A DNA stretch of 13,562 nucleotides from Pyrobaculum sp. GTDB taxonomy: Archaea > Thermoproteota > Thermoprotei > Thermoproteales > Thermoproteaceae. The notes under the pieces are model-generated. The model was given only the letters and a program-made list of their open reading frames with translations, had not been told where the DNA came from and searched no databases. The translations under genes and the position numbers were made by a program. The stretch spans positions 1 through 13,562 of the forward strand of contig JBKBOT010000036.1 of NCBI GenBank assembly GCA_046293555.1. Reading direction: 5' to 3'. Positions 1 to 8,240 of this stretch are shown one piece after another (position 1 is the first letter of the stretch; each line of letters opens with the position of its first letter).

Positions 1-492
1 GTGGTGTTAAAGCCGTCGAAGTGGTGGGTCAAGTCGCCGCAGTTCTCATGGGCCAGGCTCAGGGGGGCCTACCCCCGTCTGGGCCCCGTGATGTATAGCA
101 CCGGCGAGGTGGCGTCTAGCGGCAAGATCTACGAGGAGGCGTTGTTGAAAAGCTGGCTTTCCGCCACCCCCAACAGGATCCCGAGGGGGACCGCCCTTGT
201 GTATACATACGACCGGCGGGGGGAGATGGGGGCCGTGGCCTCCCTCCTCTCCGCCAGGCTTGAGGTATACACCCCGGAGGAGCTGGGCGACAGGGCGTTA
301 GAGATGCTTAAATGGAGGAAGATAGACATCGTGGTGACCTCGGGGGTTACGCCAGAGAGGGATTTTCACCTCAGGAGGGCCGCCGCGGATACCAACACGC
401 CGCTGGTGTTAGACCCGACGTTGGCGTTAGAGCTAGCTAAGGCCTTCATGTGGTACTACAACGGGGGGCGGCTTGAGGTAGAGCCATGGTGA
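1..492 (+). CDS. carB: Carbamoyl-phosphate synthase large subunit, C-terminal part (5' truncated by window)
   Basis: VKSPQFSWARLRGAYPRLGPVMYSTGEVAS...EEALLKS matches the CarB motif (VKxPxFSF.rl.g.Dp.LGPEMkSTGEV...eAllKa). It is followed by a short MGS-like domain (KIDIVV...DFHLRRAAADTNTPLV). The frame is open from base 1; stop TGA at 490-492. Confidence 0.92.
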   Translation: MVLKPSKWWVKSPQFSWARLRGAYPRLGPVMYSTGEVASSGKIYEEALLKSWLSATPNRIPRGTALVYTYDRRGEMGAVASLLSARLEVYTPEELGDRALEMLKWRKIDIVVTSGVTPERDFHLRRAAADTNTPLVLDPTLALELAKAFMWYYNGGRLEVEPW

Positions 493-1280
493 CGTTGATA
501 TACGACGTGGCTAGAGAGGAGGAGAAAATGTTGGTAAAAACCGCAGAGAGGCTGGGGGTCCCCCTAGAGGTGAGGCAGGTAGGCGAGGTGGTGGAGTTAG
601 GGCGGCGCGCCCCCGGCGTCTATCTTGTGAGAACTCTTAGTCACAACAAGGGCGTTATTACGGCAGCCGCCGTGGAGGGAGGCGGCGGCGTCGCTATAAA
701 CTCCTCGCTGGCTATATCCACATGTTGGAACAAGGCGGTGGCTCTCACCCGTCTACACGCCGCCGGGCTCCCCACGCCGAGGACCTCGGTGCTGTTTGGC
801 GAGGCCGACGTGGAGATAGGGGGGAGGGCTATCGTCAAGTCTGTAAGCGGGAGCTGGGGCCGTAAGGTGGCGCTGGTGTCTACGCCAGAGGAGCTAAGGC
901 TTGTGTTGAAGTCGTCAGAAGGCGAGGCGTTGATGTTACAAGAGATGGTGGGCACTGGGGAAGACATCAGGGTGTTTGTGGTAAACCAGAGGGCTGTGGC
1001 GGCAATGCGTAGAATCCCCCCAGCTGGCGACTGGCGTAGCAACGCCGCGCGGGGCGGCGCCACCCTGCCGCAGGAGGTAGACCGCGAGCTTGAGGAGCTG
1101 GCGGTGAGGGCGGCGGGGGCGGTGGGCGCCTTCTACGCCGGGGTGGACATCTTGGTGGGAGACAGGATGTATGTCAACGAGGTAAATGGCATACCTGAAT
1201 TCAAGGCGTTAGCCAAGACCACCGGGGTAGATGTGGCCAGGGTACTACTTGAGGAGGTGGCCGCCTTGGAGAAAAGGTGA
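486..1280 (+). CDS. LysX/ArgX-family ATP-grasp ligase (LysW-amino acid ligase, RimK superfamily); ArgX-like by context
   Basis: N-terminal [17 protein letters not shown], the GSWGR loop, [17 protein letters not shown] and YAGVDIL...[11 protein letters not shown] are LysX/ArgX signatures. Overlaps the carB stop. Confidence 0.85.
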   Translation: MVTLIYDVAREEEKMLVKTAERLGVPLEVRQVGEVVELGRRAPGVYLVRTLSHNKGVITAAAVEGGGGVAINSSLAISTCWNKAVALTRLHAAGLPTPRTSVLFGEADVEIGGRAIVKSVSGSWGRKVALVSTPEELRLVLKSSEGEALMLQEMVGTGEDIRVFVVNQRAVAAMRRIPPAGDWRSNAARGGATLPQEVDRELEELAVRAAGAVGAFYAGVDILVGDRMYVNEVNGIPEFKALAKTTGVDVARVLLEEVAALEKR

Positions 1281-1957
1281 CAATGGGGCGCCATGTAGAG
1301 AGCGACAAAGCCGCGGGGATCTGGACGTCGCGCCAGAGGGGCGCCGGCCCCAAGTTCCTCCAGAAGAACTTCAAGGTGGTGGCAATCGCCGAGAGCTTCA
1401 AGCTGGAGGACGGGGTGTCTATATACGCCGGCGTTTTGGCTAGAAGAGACGGCGTGGTGGAAGAGGTGGCTTTCGACATGGCTAAACTAGGTGGCAGAGA
1501 CGGCACGGAGGCCGCCATGAGGATTCTAGACAGGCTGCTAAGGCCGGATGTCAGCATGGTGATGTTAGACGGATGTGTGGTGTCTTTCTACAACTGGATT
1601 GACGGCGAGGCCCTCTGGCGGAGGTATGGAAAGCCGGTGGCGTGTTATGTATTCGAGAGCCCAGAGGGGCGCGTGGAGGCGGCGGCGAGGAAGCTGTTTC
1701 AAGACTGGGAGGAGAGAGTGGAGGCATACAGGAGGCTGGGCCCGCCGGCTCCCTACCTCTCGAGGCGGGGCTATAGGCTATATGTTAGAGCCTGGGGGAT
1801 TGACCCCAGAGACGCCGGGAGGGCCGCAGAGGTTTGTACAAAATTTGGAAAGATGCCGGAGCCCATTAGGGTGGCCAAAATAGTGGCTGGAGGCGTGAGA
1901 CAATTTTTAAAACATGGCAAAAACGTCCCTCCATGTGGACAAGACGTAAGCTGCTAG
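1277..1957 (+). CDS. DUF99 family protein (endonuclease V-like, COG1628)
   Basis: [41 protein letters not shown] and [14 protein letters not shown] are typical of DUF99. GTGA overlap with the upstream stop. Start may be 1277 (GTG) or 1283 (ATG). Confidence 0.8.
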   Translation: MTMGRHVESDKAAGIWTSRQRGAGPKFLQKNFKVVAIAESFKLEDGVSIYAGVLARRDGVVEEVAFDMAKLGGRDGTEAAMRILDRLLRPDVSMVMLDGCVVSFYNWIDGEALWRRYGKPVACYVFESPEGRVEAAARKLFQDWEERVEAYRRLGPPAPYLSRRGYRLYVRAWGIDPRDAGRAAEVCTKFGKMPEPIRVAKIVAGGVRQFLKHGKNVPPCGQDVSC

Positions 1958-3042
1958 TAGCCGCCGGCGCCGCCACGGCGCTCTCTGTATTTGGCTTCCT
2001 CCTCTCGAGGGAGTTTCTCGCCGGGCCGAAACCCGCCGGAGGGCTGGCGGTATATAACTACTCCTACTATATAGACAAGGGGCTGCTGCCGGAATTTGAG
2101 AAAGAGTATGGAGTCAAGGTGGTATACCAGGAGTTTGAAAGCGGCGAGGAGGCCTACGCCGCGTTGTTAAGAGGGGGAGGTGGATACGACCTAATTATTG
2201 TGCCCGACATGTACGTAAAGGAGGCTGTCGAGAGGGGCCTGGTGAGGAGGATAGACCACGGCAAGTTGTCTAATCTCAACAACATAGACCCGGAGTTTTT
2301 CCAAAACCCCAACGACCCGGGCCTTCAGCACGCCATCCCCTACGCCTACGGCACCACGGGCGTGGCGGCTAACTACCACGCCATGAGGGTAGATGCGAGG
2401 ATAGAGGGCTGGGGGGATCTCTTCAACTTTGAGCTGTTGGAAAAAATGAGGGGGAGGGTGGCCATGTTGGAGGAGTTCTCCGAGCCGGTTATGGCGGCTA
2501 AATACGCCCTGGGGATAGATCCAGACGACTGGAGCGAGGCCGCCGTGAGGAAGGTAACAGACCTGTTGTTACGCCAGAGGGAATACATCAGGGGTTACCT
2601 CGGGGTCAGCATAATTGTGCCCGCACTAGCTGCGGGGGAGCTCTGGGTTTCACAAATCTGGAGCGGCGACGCGTTAACGGCGCGGGAGGAGTTCACAAAA
2701 AATGTGGGGGAGAAATACGCGGGGGAGTTTGTATACCTCCTGCCCAAGCCCATGTCCCACAGGTGGGTAGACATGGCGGTAATCCCGCGGGATGTAAAAA
2801 ACGTGGAGGCTGCATACGCCTTTATAGACTTCCTCCTGCGTCCAGAAAACTCCGCGCGGATTACCCTGGCGTCTTACTTCCCCACCCCCCTGAAGAGACA
2901 GCTACTTGAGAGATACCTGCCGCAAGAGGTCCTACAGGACCCGGCGGTGTTTCCGCCAGAAGGGGCGAAGTTGATATATCTTAACTACACGAGGGAGATG
3001 ATTGACGCTGTGGAGAGAATTAGGGCTGCCATAAGGGGGTGA
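1933..3042 (+). CDS. Polyamine (spermidine/putrescine)-type ABC transporter substrate-binding protein, PotD/PotF family, with Tat signal
   Basis: MWTRRKLL followed by a hydrophobic stretch. [56 protein letters not shown] and [15 protein letters not shown] match PotD/PotF. Confidence 0.88.
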   Translation: MWTRRKLLVAAGAATALSVFGFLLSREFLAGPKPAGGLAVYNYSYYIDKGLLPEFEKEYGVKVVYQEFESGEEAYAALLRGGGGYDLIIVPDMYVKEAVERGLVRRIDHGKLSNLNNIDPEFFQNPNDPGLQHAIPYAYGTTGVAANYHAMRVDARIEGWGDLFNFELLEKMRGRVAMLEEFSEPVMAAKYALGIDPDDWSEAAVRKVTDLLLRQREYIRGYLGVSIIVPALAAGELWVSQIWSGDALTAREEFTKNVGEKYAGEFVYLLPKPMSHRWVDMAVIPRDVKNVEAAYAFIDFLLRPENSARITLASYFPTPLKRQLLERYLPQEVLQDPAVFPPEGAKLIYLNYTREMIDAVERIRAAIRG

Positions 3043-3542
3043 TGAAACATAGGGAGCTGGGCCCCAGGACCGTCAGGTTTTTTGTGGTTACTGTGAGCAC
3101 CTCCCGTTTTCTCGAAAGGGCCCCGCGGGATGACTCCGGCGACCTGGCTGTGGAGATGATCACCAATGCGGGCCACGTGGTGGTGGGGAGAGACCTGCTG
3201 CCTGACGACATGTATGCCATACGCAAAAAGGCGTTGGAGCTAGCCTCTAGAGATGATGTAGACATAATCGTGTTTACTGGGGGTACCGGCATTACTAAAG
3301 ACGACGTGACCATAGAGGCGGTGAGGCCTCTTTTCCACAAGGAGATTGAGGGGTTTGGCGACGTCTTTCGGTATTTTAGCATACAGGAGGTGGGAACCTC
3401 GGCGATGCTCACAAGAGCCACGGCGGGCGTTATTGGCGACAAGGTGGTGGCACTTCTCCCCGGCTCGCCCCCCGCCGTGAGGACCGGGCTTAGGATAATC
3501 CTGGAGGAGGCCTCCCACCTGTTGTATCTAGTGCGGAGATGA
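3039..3542 (+). CDS. moaB: Molybdenum cofactor biosynthesis protein MoaB (MogA/MoaB family)
   Basis: VVTVSTSR, DDSGD, LLPDD, TGGTGITKDDVTIEA, EIEGFGDVFR, AMLTRATAG, LPGSPPAV. Start is 3039 (GTG) or 3042 (ATG). Confidence 0.93.
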   Translation: MMKHRELGPRTVRFFVVTVSTSRFLERAPRDDSGDLAVEMITNAGHVVVGRDLLPDDMYAIRKKALELASRDDVDIIVFTGGTGITKDDVTIEAVRPLFHKEIEGFGDVFRYFSIQEVGTSAMLTRATAGVIGDKVVALLPGSPPAVRTGLRIILEEASHLLYLVRR

Positions 3543-4069
3543 GGCAAATTGGGGTGGCTGTACATAGCGACGCCACGGGGGGGCTGAGCCAGAAGGTTGA
3601 GAGATTTGTGGGGAGGCTCTCCGAGGTGTGTCCAGACGCCGTGGTGTTAGTGGGGGGCTACTGGGGGCACATGAAGGAGGTGGTGGACCACGCCCTGAGC
3701 CGCGGCCTCAGGGTGGTGGCCTTTCTGCCAGTTGAAAGAGAGTCGACAGCCCTCCCGCCGGGGGTTGTGGCGGTTAGAAGCGGCTGCGAGTATAGATGTA
3801 GGTCTGTCCTACTGGTGAGATCCTCAGACGCCGTGGTGGTGCTAGGCGGCGGGGTGGGGACGGCGATAGAGGCCTTTATGGCATACGCCATGGGGAGGCC
3901 CCTATATGTCCTCACAAATTCCGGCATGGCTACAGACAGGCTGAGTGAGGCCTACCCCGAATATTTCGACGAGAGGAAGGCGGTGAGGGTGGTCTACGCC
4001 ACAGAGCCAGAGCTCCTAGCCGAGCTGGCCTGTGGGGCAGGGGGGGCTGTGGCTACAGATTTTGGCTAA
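3539..4069 (+). CDS. LOG/SLOG-superfamily Rossmannoid nucleotide-binding protein (TIGR00725-like)
   Basis: VGGYWGHM (GGxxGxM), VAFLP, RSVLLVRSSDAVVVLGGGVGTAIE (GGxGTxxE), AYAMGRPLYVL. ATGA overlap with moaB. Confidence 0.85.
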   Translation: MRQIGVAVHSDATGGLSQKVERFVGRLSEVCPDAVVLVGGYWGHMKEVVDHALSRGLRVVAFLPVERESTALPPGVVAVRSGCEYRCRSVLLVRSSDAVVVLGGGVGTAIEAFMAYAMGRPLYVLTNSGMATDRLSEAYPEYFDERKAVRVVYATEPELLAELACGAGGAVATDFG

Positions 4070-4634
4070 AAGCCACGGCGTTTTGAAAGAAGTGTATCGC
4101 CACTGCGGCCGGCAGCCCAAACCTCTGGTACGCATAGACTAGGCTTAACGCCACGACGAAGATGGGGAGGGCCCCCGGCCCCGGGCTGTGCAACAAGGCG
4201 AAAACCCCCGAGGAGAGGATGTAGCCAGCCGCCACGCCCGCCCTCCTCCTGATCTCCTCAAAGAGGAGCCCTCGGAACACCACCTCCTCCACCAGGGGGG
4301 CCAGCGCCATGGCCTGTATGGCGACTAGGTAGAGGCCCAGGGGGCACCCAGCCGCGGCTTTAAAAAACTGGCTTTGGGCCTGTTGGGTTTTTTCTAGCTC
4401 CGTCTTGACTGGGGGGATGGCCTCGGCGAGCCCCGCCGCGGCTATTAACGCCAGGAGGTATGGCAGGAAGGCCAGGGGGAATGTCTTCCTCCATCGCCAC
4501 GACGCCAGCCTCCCCGCCGGGAGGTAGGCCACGTAGATCAGGAGGCCTAGATATGTGGAGAGACAGATGGGGGGCTTCATGAGGGCTAGCGCCGCCACTA
4601 TGGAGATAAAAGAGGCTGGTATCACCCACCTCAT
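4053..4634 (-). CDS. CPBP family (type II CAAX / Abi) intramembrane glutamic endopeptidase
   Basis: Several hydrophobic helices with motifs APLVEEVVFRG (EExxxR), FALLH (FxxxH) and AIHFFQN (HxxxN). Confidence 0.9.
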   Translation of the reverse strand: MRWVIPASFISIVAALALMKPPICLSTYLGLLIYVAYLPAGRLASWRWRKTFPLAFLPYLLALIAAAGLAEAIPPVKTELEKTQQAQSQFFKAAAGCPLGLYLVAIQAMALAPLVEEVVFRGLLFEEIRRRAGVAAGYILSSGVFALLHSPGPGALPIFVVALSLVYAYQRFGLPAAVAIHFFQNAVAFSQNL

Positions 4635-4646
4635 ATGGAGAAAGGT

Positions 4647-4662
4647 AGTTATGTATTTAACT
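4647..4662. promoter_or_regulatory. Probable shared TATA element for the divergent CPBP and GINS genes
   Basis: TATTTAA at 4654-4660 reads TTAAATA on the - strand. It lies 20-26 nt before the CPBP start (4634) and about 25 nt before the in-frame GTG at 4685. It is bracketed by AGTTA/TAACT. Confidence 0.5.
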
Positions 4663-4672
4663 TCATGAACCT

Positions 4673-5152
4673 ATGTTTCGGGGGGTGTTAAACCTACACA
4701 ACGTGAGGGTGGCGTTTAAAAAAGACGTCTCTATACCACAGCTGGGGTTATCGCATCGCGCCGGCACCACGGCTGAGATCCCGCTGTATTTGGCCATAAG
4801 GCTTGAGGAGCTAGGCGCGGTGGAGATAGACGAGAGCCAAGCCGTCCAGCCCAGGGAGGTGGCCACGTTGAGATATAGAGAGCAGAAAGAAAGCCTCCCC
4901 GTGGAGCTCCCCGAGGGTTTTTACGCCAGGGCGAAGCTCGGCCACTACCTCCTCTCCAAGAGGGGCGATGTGAAAAACGCCAAGGCGCTGGCGCAGGAGG
5001 TGAGGGAGCTGGCCGTCGAGAGGCTTAGGAAAATTGTGGTCCTTCTGGCCTCCAGGCCCGAGATGGTGGACGACCAGGACTTCTTGAGGAGACTCACGCC
5101 GGAGGAAAGGGCGCTGTTGTTCACCCTACATGTCGACATATTTCCTAACTAG
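4673..5152 (+). CDS. DNA replication complex GINS subunit, Gins23 (Psf2/Psf3-type, B-A domain order)
   Basis: N-terminal beta B-domain (VRVAFKKDV...AGTTAEIPLYLAIRLEELGAVEI, compare the Psf2 'vPlWlA' motif) then a helical A-domain (LPEGFYARAK...RLRKIV...RLTPEERALL). True start may be GTG at 4685. Confidence 0.72.
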   Translation: MFRGVLNLHNVRVAFKKDVSIPQLGLSHRAGTTAEIPLYLAIRLEELGAVEIDESQAVQPREVATLRYREQKESLPVELPEGFYARAKLGHYLLSKRGDVKNAKALAQEVRELAVERLRKIVVLLASRPEMVDDQDFLRRLTPEERALLFTLHVDIFPN

Positions 5153-5701
5153 TCTATACACCTCTGCCGCCACCTCGTCGGGGGGCCTCGCGGCGTTTAC
5201 CACGGGGTAGCCCCCCCTCGCCGCCCGCTGGAGGTATATCTCCCTCACCCTCTCTAAGAAGTGGAGATCTTCAAACTTCTCCAGGGCGCCCCTCTCTCCC
5301 ACCCTACGTATGGCCTCCTCAGGGTTTATGTCCAAGACGATGGTGAGGTCTGGTTTTGGCACCACCGCGTTTATCAACTCTAAAAAGTCTATATCTACGC
5401 CGGCGGCCCCCTGGTAGGCCACTGAGGACTCTACATATCTCTCGGTTATCACTATATATCTCTCCCTCAGTTTTGGCTCTATCTCCCTCCTGTAGTGTTC
5501 CACCCTATCTGCGGCGAAGAGCAACGCGTCTACATGTGGGTCCGCTGTGCCCCCCCTCAGGGCCCACTCCTTGATAAGCCTCCCGATGGGGCCGCCGCTG
5601 GGCTCTCTAGTTATGTATGCCCGCGGGAGCTGTCTGGCCAGTTTTGTAATCACCGTGGTTTTCCCAGAGCCGTCTATACCCTCTATGGCTATAAAAGCCA
5701 C
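5126..5701 (-). CDS. tmk: Thymidylate (dTMP) kinase
   Basis: FIAIEGIDGSGKTT P-loop, TREPS, LLFAADRVEH, ERYVESSVAYQG, PDLTIVLD, EKFE. Confidence 0.96.
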   Translation of the reverse strand: MAFIAIEGIDGSGKTTVITKLARQLPRAYITREPSGGPIGRLIKEWALRGGTADPHVDALLFAADRVEHYRREIEPKLRERYIVITERYVESSVAYQGAAGVDIDFLELINAVVPKPDLTIVLDINPEEAIRRVGERGALEKFEDLHFLERVREIYLQRAARGGYPVVNAARPPDEVAAEVYRLVRKYVDM

Positions 5702-5704
5702 GGC

Positions 5705-7144
5705 CTAGCTGCGGTTTAGGTAGTTCAATATGCCGCGGGCTGCGAGCACCCCCGTGGCCGCCGCCACGTTTATGCCTCTAGAGAGGCCCGCCCCGTCGCC
5801 AGCAACAAATAGGCCAGGCACAGTCGTCATGAGGTTTCTATCTACAGTGGGGCTGGCGGAGTAGTATTTTATCTCTGGGGCATATATTAACGTCTGGGGG
5901 CTTGCCACCCCAGGCGCCAGCTCGTCTAGTTTCTTCAACCCCTCGACTACGTCTGCCACCACGCGGTGGGGGAGGGCGAGGGAGATGTCGCCCGGCGTGA
6001 CGTCTTTAAGTGTGGGGGATATGCTAGACCTCCTCACCCTCTCCCAGGTGGACCTCTGGCCCCGCTCCAGGTCGTAAAGTCTCTGCAGCAGGGGCCTGCC
6101 TCCCCCAAGCTTTGTGGCTAGCCGCGCTATAGACTTCCCGTACTCTATGGCGTCCTCCATGGGGTCTGTGAGGCGGAGGGTTACAAGAAAGGCGAAGTTG
6201 GTATATTCGCTTTTCTTCTCCAGATAGGTCTCGCCGTTTACCCCCACGGTGCCGTCGGCGTAGACCTCTTTTACCACAAACCCCCTGGGGTTTGTACAAA
6301 AGGTTCTCACCTTGTCGTCATATTTGGAGGTGTAGAGTATGACCTTGGGGTCGTGTACCGCATCTGTCAGCGGCTTCATCACGTGGTAGGGCACCTCTAC
6401 CCTCACCCCGATGTCTATAGGGCCGAAGTCCAGCGAGGCGCCTAGCTTTTTGAGCTGCGTGACAAGCCACTCGGCGCCCCCCCTCCCCGGCGCCAGCAGC
6501 ACCGCCCTCGAGTGGAGTACCCCCCCTGTGGTCTTTACTGTAAAAACCCCGTTTTCCCCCCTCTCCACGTCTAGAGCCCAGGTGGCGTACATCAACGACA
6601 CCCCCACGCCCTCTAGGTGTTGGCTGATGTTCTCCACCACCTTCCTGGCGCCTTCTGTGCCCATGTGTCTCTGCCTAATGGGGACAATACGGGCGTTAAC
6701 TCTTGCCGCCAGGGCTGAGAGCTTGTGTATAAGCTCCATCTGCGGCTCATATATCCTCTCCGGCGCGCCGAACTCCACAAAGGTCTTGTCGACATAGTTT
6801 ATCAACTCCATGGCCTTATCCCAGTCGCCCACCAGCTCGTGTAGGTCACCCCCCACGTCCGGCCTGAGGTTTATAAGGCCTGAGCTCAGGGTGCCGGCCC
6901 CCCCAATGCCGTACATTATGTGGCAAGGCACACAGAAGGTACATCTCTCCAGCGGGGTCTGTAGCGGACAGTGGCGTTGTGTGGCCCTGTAGCCCCCGTC
7001 GAGTAGCGCCACCTTCAGACCTCCGCCTCTAGCCAGCTCAAGCGCCGCGAAGAGCCCAGCGGGGCCCGCCCCCACGATAACCACGTCGTACTCCCCTACG
7101 TATTTATCCAACGTCTTGAGGCGAGATAGGTACTGGGAAACCAC
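5705..7144 (-). CDS. Uncharacterised FAD-dependent oxidoreductase (COG2509-type) with Cys cluster
   Basis: [12 protein letters not shown] dinucleotide fold, C-P-x7-C-x2-C-x-[59 protein letters not shown]. Confidence 0.85.
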   Translation of the reverse strand: MVSQYLSRLKTLDKYVGEYDVVIVGAGPAGLFAALELARGGGLKVALLDGGYRATQRHCPLQTPLERCTFCVPCHIMYGIGGAGTLSSGLINLRPDVGGDLHELVGDWDKAMELINYVDKTFVEFGAPERIYEPQMELIHKLSALAARVNARIVPIRQRHMGTEGARKVVENISQHLEGVGVSLMYATWALDVERGENGVFTVKTTGGVLHSRAVLLAPGRGGAEWLVTQLKKLGASLDFGPIDIGVRVEVPYHVMKPLTDAVHDPKVILYTSKYDDKVRTFCTNPRGFVVKEVYADGTVGVNGETYLEKKSEYTNFAFLVTLRLTDPMEDAIEYGKSIARLATKLGGGRPLLQRLYDLERGQRSTWERVRRSSISPTLKDVTPGDISLALPHRVVADVVEGLKKLDELAPGVASPQTLIYAPEIKYYSASPTVDRNLMTTVPGLFVAGDGAGLSRGINVAAATGVLAARGILNYLNRS

Positions 7145-7167
7145 CTTTTGGCATGTATCTACGCCCC

Positions 7168-7175
7168 ATTTAAAA
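7168..7175 (-). promoter_or_regulatory. Putative TATA box for the oxidoreductase-tmk unit
   Basis: Reads TTTTAAAT on the - strand, 24-31 nt upstream of the GTG at 7144, consistent with a leaderless transcript. Confidence 0.55.
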
Positions 7176-7214
7176 CTTATACTGTAAAAAATACGACGCC
7201 CAGACGGCGGACTA

Positions 7215-7222
7215 TATTTAAA
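7215..7222 (+). promoter_or_regulatory. Putative TATA box for purA-purB-hisH
   Basis: TATTTAAA 20-27 nt upstream of the GTG at 7242. Confidence 0.6.
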
Positions 7223-7241
7223 CTACTGTAAACACGGGGCC

Positions 7242-8240
7242 GTGATTCAGGTGGTGGTAGACGGGTTTTTTGGAGACACGGGGAAGGGCAAGGTGGCTGC
7301 CTACCTAGCCCTTACGGACAAGCCGGCTTTATGTGTGAGAACCGGCGCCCCCAATGCGGGACATACGGTCTACTGGAGCGGCGAGGTACATGTCCTGAGG
7401 ACACTCCCCACCTGTTTTGTAAACCCAGAGACCAGGCTGGCGGTGGCGCCGGGGGCCTTGATAAAACTTGACGTCTTTCTCGCCGAGGTGGAAAAATACG
7501 GGAGAGGCCGCTCTTTTGTGGATCTAAACACCGGCGTGATAGAGGAGAGACATGTGGAGGCCGAGAGGGGGGATGACTTCTTGATGAGGGTGGTGGGCTC
7601 CACCGGGCAGGGCGTCGGCGCCGCCATGGTGGATAGAGTGTTGAGAAGACTTAGGCTGGCTAGAGAATTCGACGTGCTTAAACCATATCTTGCGGACATA
7701 CCCCAGCTGGTAGACAAGCTGAAAGACGGCGGCGTGGTTATAGAGGGGACGCAGGGCACCTTCCTAAGTCTCTACCACGGCACGTATCCCTATGTCACCA
7801 GTAGGGACGTGACGGCCTCTGGCGTGTTGAGCGAGGTGGGGGTGGGCCCCAAGGCGGTTGATCACGTCATACTGGTCCTCAAGGCCTACGTGACGCGGGT
7901 GGGGGGCGGCCCCCTGCCGGGGGAGCTCCCCCCCGAGGAGGCCGAGAGGAGGGGGTGGGCCGAGAGGGGCGCCGTTACCGGCAGGCCCAGAAGGGCTGCG
8001 CCATTTAGCATGGAGCTGGCCAAAAGGGCCGTGTTGTTAAACTCGCCAACACAAATCGCCTTGACTAAAATAGACGTCTTGTTTAAAGAGGCGGCGGGGA
8101 AGGCCAGCTGGTCCCAACTGCCGCCAGAGGCCAGGAGGTGGGTTGAGGAGGTGGAAAGCCAGCTGAAAGCCCCAGTTACCCTAATTGGCACAGGGCCCGA
8201 GCCTACACACATGGTGGACATGAGGCGGGAGAAGTTATGA
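7242..8240 (+). CDS. purA: Adenylosuccinate synthetase (short archaeal form)
   Basis: FFGDTGKGK, PNAGHTV, VGSTGQGVG, IEGTQGTFLSLYHGTYPYVTS, KAYVTRVGGGPLPGE, GAVTGRPRR, IALTKID, IGTGPE. Confidence 0.97.
   Translation: MIQVVVDGFFGDTGKGKVAAYLALTDKPALCVRTGAPNAGHTVYWSGEVHVLRTLPTCFVNPETRLAVAPGALIKLDVFLAEVEKYGRGRSFVDLNTGVIEERHVEAERGDDFLMRVVGSTGQGVGAAMVDRVLRRLRLAREFDVLKPYLADIPQLVDKLKDGGVVIEGTQGTFLSLYHGTYPYVTSRDVTASGVLSEVGVGPKAVDHVILVLKAYVTRVGGGPLPGELPPEEAERRGWAERGAVTGRPRRAAPFSMELAKRAVLLNSPTQIALTKIDVLFKEAAGKASWSQLPPEARRWVEEVESQLKAPVTLIGTGPEPTHMVDMRREKL

Noticed and set aside
3039-3100. C/D box sRNA starting at GTGATGA
   Set aside because: The heptamer is explained by the overlapping stop and start codons. 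No properly spaced D', C' or D (CTGA) boxes follow.
4053-4634. CPBP/'Abi' protease together with the SLOG gene as an anti-virus system
   Set aside because: The genes are convergent rather than operonic. CPBP 'Abi' naming does not imply defence, and no effector or other defence genes are nearby.
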